The notes below the pieces were generated by a model. It saw nothing but the letters and a program-made list of their open reading frames with translations. It did not search any database and was not told where the DNA came from. Made by a program: the position numbers and the translations under genes. From a virus (taxonomy: Duplodnaviria > Caudoviricetes), in IMG/VR virus record IMGVR_UViG_3300008262_004862, positions 1 to 30,586 of that record: DNA of 30,586 nt; one strand, written 5' to 3'. Position 1 is the stretch's first letter. Each line of letters opens with the position of its first letter. This document shows, piece after piece, positions 26,215 to 30,586 of this stretch.

Positions 26215-27045
26215 CTATCCAAATTTACTCATCTGGAACATGGACAGTATGTTCCTTGTTTTTATTGTAGATTTTCGCTGCTCTACTTTTACAGAGTCAA
26301 GTTCTTTGGCTATAAAATTGCGATTCTCTAATGAGTCTGCTGTTAATATCCCCAACTCAAACTCTGTAGTAAGATCTAATTCTAGATCATTGGCAAAAGT
26401 ATTGTAGACCTTGTCTAATAGCACATCGTGATTTCTTAGACATAGGTGATTGTATCTAGGATCTATACCTTGTATAAGACTGTTATAAGCATTGTTGGTA
26501 TGACCGCCGGGTATTTCGGGAGTGGCTACATTTTCTGTAAGACTACCTTTGGAAAATTTTATGTTATCAAAGTCATCGTAACCGGGGATCATCTGATCAA
26601 ATCCAAAAATCAATAACGGTTTACGCCACTTTCGTTTATCTACGATCGCAGATAACCAACCTATCCGTTGTAAAGTTGCTACGCTATCTAATTGCGGACG
26701 TTGTATGTATCGTTCCCACATTTCGGCAGTCTTGGCTATGATAGGATCAATGTGTGAGGCTTCTTTTAAAAACTCAACCTTACCTAATGTAGGGTCTTCA
26801 ACAGTCCACCATCGCCTAGCAGGATGAGTAGCTACAATCAATAGATAATCATCTGGTTGTATTTGATCTAATTGGACCTGAAGCATATACCAAGCATATT
26901 CTTGTGCTGATCCAATCATAGAGAAATTAGTGAATCCATTACAGCCTAATTTTTGTGCTAGACGGAACCACCAGGTCTTTTCTTGATCGCGACCTTGCTT
27001 TTCTGCTGCTGTAAAACTATCTCCAACAATGTATAATCTTGACAT
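26215..27045 (-). CDS. Hypothetical protein, SGNH-like
   Basis: N-terminal YIVGDSF and a late RYNHL motif. Confidence 0.65.
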   Translation of the reverse strand: MSRLYIVGDSFTAAEKQGRDQEKTWWFRLAQKLGCNGFTNFSMIGSAQEYAWYMLQVQLDQIQPDDYLLIVATHPARRWWTVEDPTLGKVEFLKEASHIDPIIAKTAEMWERYIQRPQLDSVATLQRIGWLSAIVDKRKWRKPLLIFGFDQMIPGYDDFDNIKFSKGSLTENVATPEIPGGHTNNAYNSLIQGIDPRYNHLCLRNHDVLLDKVYNTFANDLELDLTTEFELGILTADSLENRNFIAKELDSVKVEQRKSTIKTRNILSMFQMSKFG

Positions 27046-27073
27046 GTAAATAATTATCTAGGTTAAATATAGT

Positions 27074-27241
27074 ATGAACAATTCGTGGAACGCTTTAGAT
27101 AATGTGTTCGATTTACAAATTTGGTTTTTCCTACAGATGTACTATTGGCCTTATTATGCTATAGGCAAACAAGATGATTGGAAAGACTGGGTTGGATCTA
27201 GTTTAAACGGATGGCGTGTTTCTAATCTTTGCAAGCCTTAA
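27074..27241 (+). CDS. Possible 55-aa aromatic-rich peptide
   Basis: MNNSWNALDNVFDLQIWFFLQMYYWPYYAIG... ATG is 4 nt after TAAATA (27064-27069). Its 3' end overlaps the desaturase. Confidence 0.4.
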   Translation: MNNSWNALDNVFDLQIWFFLQMYYWPYYAIGKQDDWKDWVGSSLNGWRVSNLCKP

Positions 27242-27919
27242 AAACTTTAACACGATTATATAAAACCATCCAATATCAAATTCATACCATTTTTTACTGA
27301 ACTTGGCACTAGCACCATCGCCGTGGTGATTATTATGCAACATTTCTCCACCAATCCAAAAATCAATTGGTAGTAAATTGCGGCTAGTGTCTTTAACATC
27401 GTAGTTGCGATAACCCCACCAATGAGCAGCACCGTTAATAACACCTGCTGCCCAAAATGGAATCCATATCATTTGGACTCCCCACACAATCATCCCTGTA
27501 GGGCCAAAGAGCAATAGGTCTATGACCAACATCAAAAGAATCCCTGCGAGGGGGTAGGGAGTGTAAACTTTTTCTTCAATCCAATCATTAGGTGTACCGT
27601 GACCTAGATCGTTAATTAATATTTTATTACGTTTTGCTTTGACATATAAAAATGCTCCGCCAAACAATACCCGCCATATGCCATGCTGTTTAGGACTATG
27701 TGGGTCTTGTTCTGTATCTGCTGCTTGGTGATGTTTTCGATGTACAGCGACCCACTCACGAGTGTTCATGCCTGTGGTCATCCATAACCAAAATCGCATA
27801 AAATGTGCCACTATCGGATGAAACTGTACCGATCTGTGTGCTTGTGATCTGTGTAAGTAGAGTGTAACACATGCTATGGTAATTTGAACCATAACTAAAG
27901 TTGCTATTATTTTATCCAT
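27203..27919 (-). CDS. Membrane fatty acid (delta-9 type) desaturase
   Basis: His boxes HRSQAH, HRKHH and HNNHH, plus DPHSP and HWWGY. Confidence 0.93.
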   Translation of the reverse strand: MDKIIATLVMVQITIACVTLYLHRSQAHRSVQFHPIVAHFMRFWLWMTTGMNTREWVAVHRKHHQAADTEQDPHSPKQHGIWRVLFGGAFLYVKAKRNKILINDLGHGTPNDWIEEKVYTPYPLAGILLMLVIDLLLFGPTGMIVWGVQMIWIPFWAAGVINGAAHWWGYRNYDVKDTSRNLLPIDFWIGGEMLHNNHHGDGASAKFSKKWYEFDIGWFYIIVLKFLRLAKIRNTPSV

Positions 27920-27946
27920 CTAGTATTTATGGTAATTTAGTAGGGC

Positions 27947-27975
27947 TTGACAAACTTATTAACTGAGTATATAAT
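27947..27975 (+). promoter_or_regulatory. Consensus sigma70 promoter giving a leaderless transcript
   Basis: TTGACA-N17-TATAAT with the ATG 6 nt downstream. Confidence 0.85.
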
Positions 27976-27981
27976 AATAGT

Positions 27982-28830
27982 ATGAAAATTCAAATTGTAT
28001 CAGATCTCCACCTAGAATTCGCAGACATTTTCATTAAAAACGAAAATGGTGCTGATGTCTTGATTTTATCAGGTGACATTATGGTAGCCAACGATCTCCA
28101 CGAATCGCCGCTACTGTCAACCCCTTACCTGCCAAACGAAGCTGCTTCCGATACTAAAAAAGGCCGGGCCGCTAGGTATCGTGATTTCCTTAGTAGATGC
28201 TCTTTCCAATTTAAGGATGTAATCGTCGTTATGGGCAATCATGAGTTCTATCATGGTCGGTGGCATGCCAGTGTCCAGTGGATGCGTGACGAATGTAGTA
28301 GATTCCCCAATGTTCATTTCTTAGAAAATGATACCAAAGATATTGGTGATGTAAGATTCATTGGTGGTACACTTTGGACTGACATGAACAAATACGATCC
28401 TCTTACTCTCCATGCTGTTCGAGACATGATGAACGACTTCCGTTGTATCCGTAATGATCAACTGGGATTTATTCCTTTGAAACCTGCTGATACCTGCGAA
28501 CGGCACAGGAAAACTTTGGCATACTTTAAGTTCTGTTTAGAAGGCATGCCTAATACTAAGTTTGTGGTAGTTTCTCACCACACACCTAGTTTCCAGAGTT
28601 GTGCTCCGGAGTACGCTCATGATCATATCATGAACGGTGCGTATCACAGCGAACTTAGCGAGTTTATACTTGATCACCCACAGATCAAACTGTGGACTCA
28701 TGGACATACACATCATGCGTTTGATTACATGATAGGTGAAACTAGAGTGGTTTGTAATCCTAGAGGTTATGAGTCTAGTAACTGGAAAGAACAAACTGGT
28801 TGGGACATTAATAAGATTGTAGAAGTATGA
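27982..28830 (+). CDS. Calcineurin-like metallophosphoesterase
   Basis: SDLHLE, LSGDI, MGNHEFY, SHH.P, HGHTH, NPRGY. Confidence 0.92.
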   Translation: MKIQIVSDLHLEFADIFIKNENGADVLILSGDIMVANDLHESPLLSTPYLPNEAASDTKKGRAARYRDFLSRCSFQFKDVIVVMGNHEFYHGRWHASVQWMRDECSRFPNVHFLENDTKDIGDVRFIGGTLWTDMNKYDPLTLHAVRDMMNDFRCIRNDQLGFIPLKPADTCERHRKTLAYFKFCLEGMPNTKFVVVSHHTPSFQSCAPEYAHDHIMNGAYHSELSEFILDHPQIKLWTHGHTHHAFDYMIGETRVVCNPRGYESSNWKEQTGWDINKIVEV

Positions 28831-29222
28831 ATATCACTGTTTATAGTCGAAATCGATTATACGAAACATTCTCAAAGTGGGATGTTCCTCGGGACTTTGC
28901 TGATCCCATGGCCAATTATTTGGTCTACGGATACAGCCCCGGCGGCTTCTTTACCTCTGTGTTAGCTAATGACTTCCATGGTGCTGTTAGCCGCAGTCAT
29001 CCTAGTAATACTATTGAAGCATTAAAGTGTCTAGGTGGGTGGGTAACAGACTGTATGCCTCGCGAAGCTCACGGCAGCTATGATGTTGTTGCTGATTGGC
29101 TTACATATGACAGTGGTGTTCGTAGACTTATTCTTGAAGAAAATAATTTGATCTACACCGAACAAGAAGAAGTAATGTTAGCTCTTCGAGATGAATCTAC
29201 AACCGAACCAATACTGTATTAA
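28827..29222 (+). CDS. Hypothetical phage protein
   Basis: ATGA-coupled 131-aa ORF. Confidence 0.75.
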   Translation: MNITVYSRNRLYETFSKWDVPRDFADPMANYLVYGYSPGGFFTSVLANDFHGAVSRSHPSNTIEALKCLGGWVTDCMPREAHGSYDVVADWLTYDSGVRRLILEENNLIYTEQEEVMLALRDESTTEPILY

Positions 29223-29223
29223 G

Positions 29224-29691
29224 ATGAAAAAAATCTACTACGAAAAACGTGGTCGCCGGTATGTGCCTGTGAGTGAATACGACAGTGAATACTTGGACAG
29301 TTTCTCTAAGGGCACACACCTTGTGATGGTATACCCAGGCGGCCAAAGTCGCCGGTACAACATCGATCCTAACTATGCGGCTATGATTGCCGCAGGTCGT
29401 GTAGCGGAAGATGCTATCTGTCAAGCTATTAGCAAGGCCAGCGAAATGCGTCCTCAACGAACTCCAATTACTCCCGGACAGAAGAAGGCCTGGGAGAAGC
29501 TGGCCAAAGAGCTCGGTGATGAACTATGTCCGTTGACCTATGGTAGTGCCAGGGATCATGCTGAGGCCGGCGTCCAAGCCATGCAGGAAGAAGCAGAGAA
29601 ACTAATGAAGCACGAAAGTGTTCGTAAAGCCTATGATCATTTTATTTTAATGTGTCAATTGGTAAAGGAAAAAAATGAGTTCGGTGTTTGA
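29224..29691 (+). CDS. Hypothetical phage protein
   Basis: Start MKKIYYEKRGRRY lies just after the upstream stop. Confidence 0.75.
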   Translation: MKKIYYEKRGRRYVPVSEYDSEYLDSFSKGTHLVMVYPGGQSRRYNIDPNYAAMIAAGRVAEDAICQAISKASEMRPQRTPITPGQKKAWEKLAKELGDELCPLTYGSARDHAEAGVQAMQEEAEKLMKHESVRKAYDHFILMCQLVKEKNEFGV

Positions 29692-30349
29692 TTTTAATGA
29701 AATATTTGGTTCAGCCGTTGCTACGCCACCACACCCTAACTACGGAAAAGCAATTGATGTAGTAGAATTTCCTACAATACATAAAAACGACAATGAACCA
29801 ATTAATTTAATCTGGCCCGATATTAATCGTGGACCATGGATTGCTGGCGGTGCTTGCCTGCGTTGGTTTCAAGGTCAACCTGTGGGAGAAAACGATATTG
29901 ATGTGTTCTGTGCTAATGCTAAACAGGCCGCAGATATCATTGATAACATCAAGAGTTATGGTCGATATTCTACTAAATTTGAAAGCGAAAACGCAGTAAC
30001 TTTGGACTACTGGTCAAAAGAAGAGTATAATAAACGCTGGACTGTCCAAGTGATTACTAAACGATATTTTTCTAGTCTAGACGAAATCATCAACAACTTT
30101 GATATCACAGTCTGCGAAATTGGAACAGCAGGCAACGAATGGAAGCTAGGACCGTTTACAGCTCGCGATATCCGAGAGCGTAATCTTAGATTTAAAATGC
30201 CTCTACAACCAGACGCACTTAAACGATTAACCAAATATTGGACCTACGGTTATCGACCAGTTGAAGGAACTATAGAAGCTATCCAAAACAATCCTGTAGC
30301 CAAATGGCAATTTAGTGCCGAAACTGAGGACTATCAAAATGCGTTCTGA
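29675..30349 (+). CDS. Nucleotidyltransferase-fold protein, resembling a CCA/poly(A) polymerase head
   Basis: WIAGGA.....DIDVF, FDITVC, R..KY..YGY. Confidence 0.7.
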   Translation: MSSVFDFNEIFGSAVATPPHPNYGKAIDVVEFPTIHKNDNEPINLIWPDINRGPWIAGGACLRWFQGQPVGENDIDVFCANAKQAADIIDNIKSYGRYSTKFESENAVTLDYWSKEEYNKRWTVQVITKRYFSSLDEIINNFDITVCEIGTAGNEWKLGPFTARDIRERNLRFKMPLQPDALKRLTKYWTYGYRPVEGTIEAIQNNPVAKWQFSAETEDYQNAF

Positions 30350-30586
30350 ACAATCTTGGAGCCTTCTAGATCCTAGACCTGTGCTATTATATCTGCCCAA
30401 AGTAAACGAATACATCGTTTATTGGAACGGTATTGTCATGCCTCATACTATAGCACTGTGTTTGGCTATGGAAAACTTTGGAGTATGGGCCACCCCAGAA
30501 ATGAAAACATCCATGGAAAAAGACTACGAACGTATCTATTATGCCAACGGGTTTGATACCCGTGCCTGGGATAGCAAAGTTTCATC
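30339..30586 (+). CDS. Hypothetical protein, 3'-truncated by the window edge
   Basis: GAGGA SD and ATG 30339. Frame MRSEQSWSLLDPRPV... stays open to the end. Confidence 0.65.
   Translation, partial: MRSEQSWSLLDPRPVLLYLPKVNEYIVYWNGIVMPHTIALCLAMENFGVWATPEMKTSMEKDYERIYYANGFDTRAWDSKVS

Noticed and set aside
1-30586. Bacterial chromosome origin
   Set aside because: Host-like genes lack their usual operon partners (dnaJ/grpE, clpA, pqqB-E, smpB) and are interleaved with phage-type hypotheticals and late motifs. No capsid or terminase gene is in the window, so the phage call remains an inference.

Overview
AT-rich, gene-dense segment of a large T4-like or jumbo bacteriophage genome, using the standard genetic code. 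The phage call rests on sigma70-type early promoters, recurrent TAAATA late-promoter motifs, a PAAR-like gene and the absence of host operon context. The host is probably a betaproteobacterium, inferred from the DnaK, AhpC/AhpD, tmRNA tag and PqqA sequences. The window holds class Ia ribonucleotide reductase genes with glutaredoxin, ahpC-ahpD, two 2OG-Fe(II) oxygenases, a cell-wall hydrolase/lipoprotein block, bS21, dnaK-hsp20-clpS, heme oxygenase plus a PcyX-type bilin reductase, a Cys-rich secreted/membrane protein cluster and a fatty-acid desaturase. Four signals are absent from the ORF track: (1) a permuted two-piece tmRNA whose intervening segment encodes a 24-aa hydrophobic peptide with its own Shine-Dalgarno (SD); (2) a stand-alone pqqA precursor-peptide gene; (3) an A_AAA_AAG -1 frameshift site that opens a start-less 109-codon extension; (4) ROSE-like RNA thermometers before dnaK and hsp20. 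All calls were made by eye and no searches were run.
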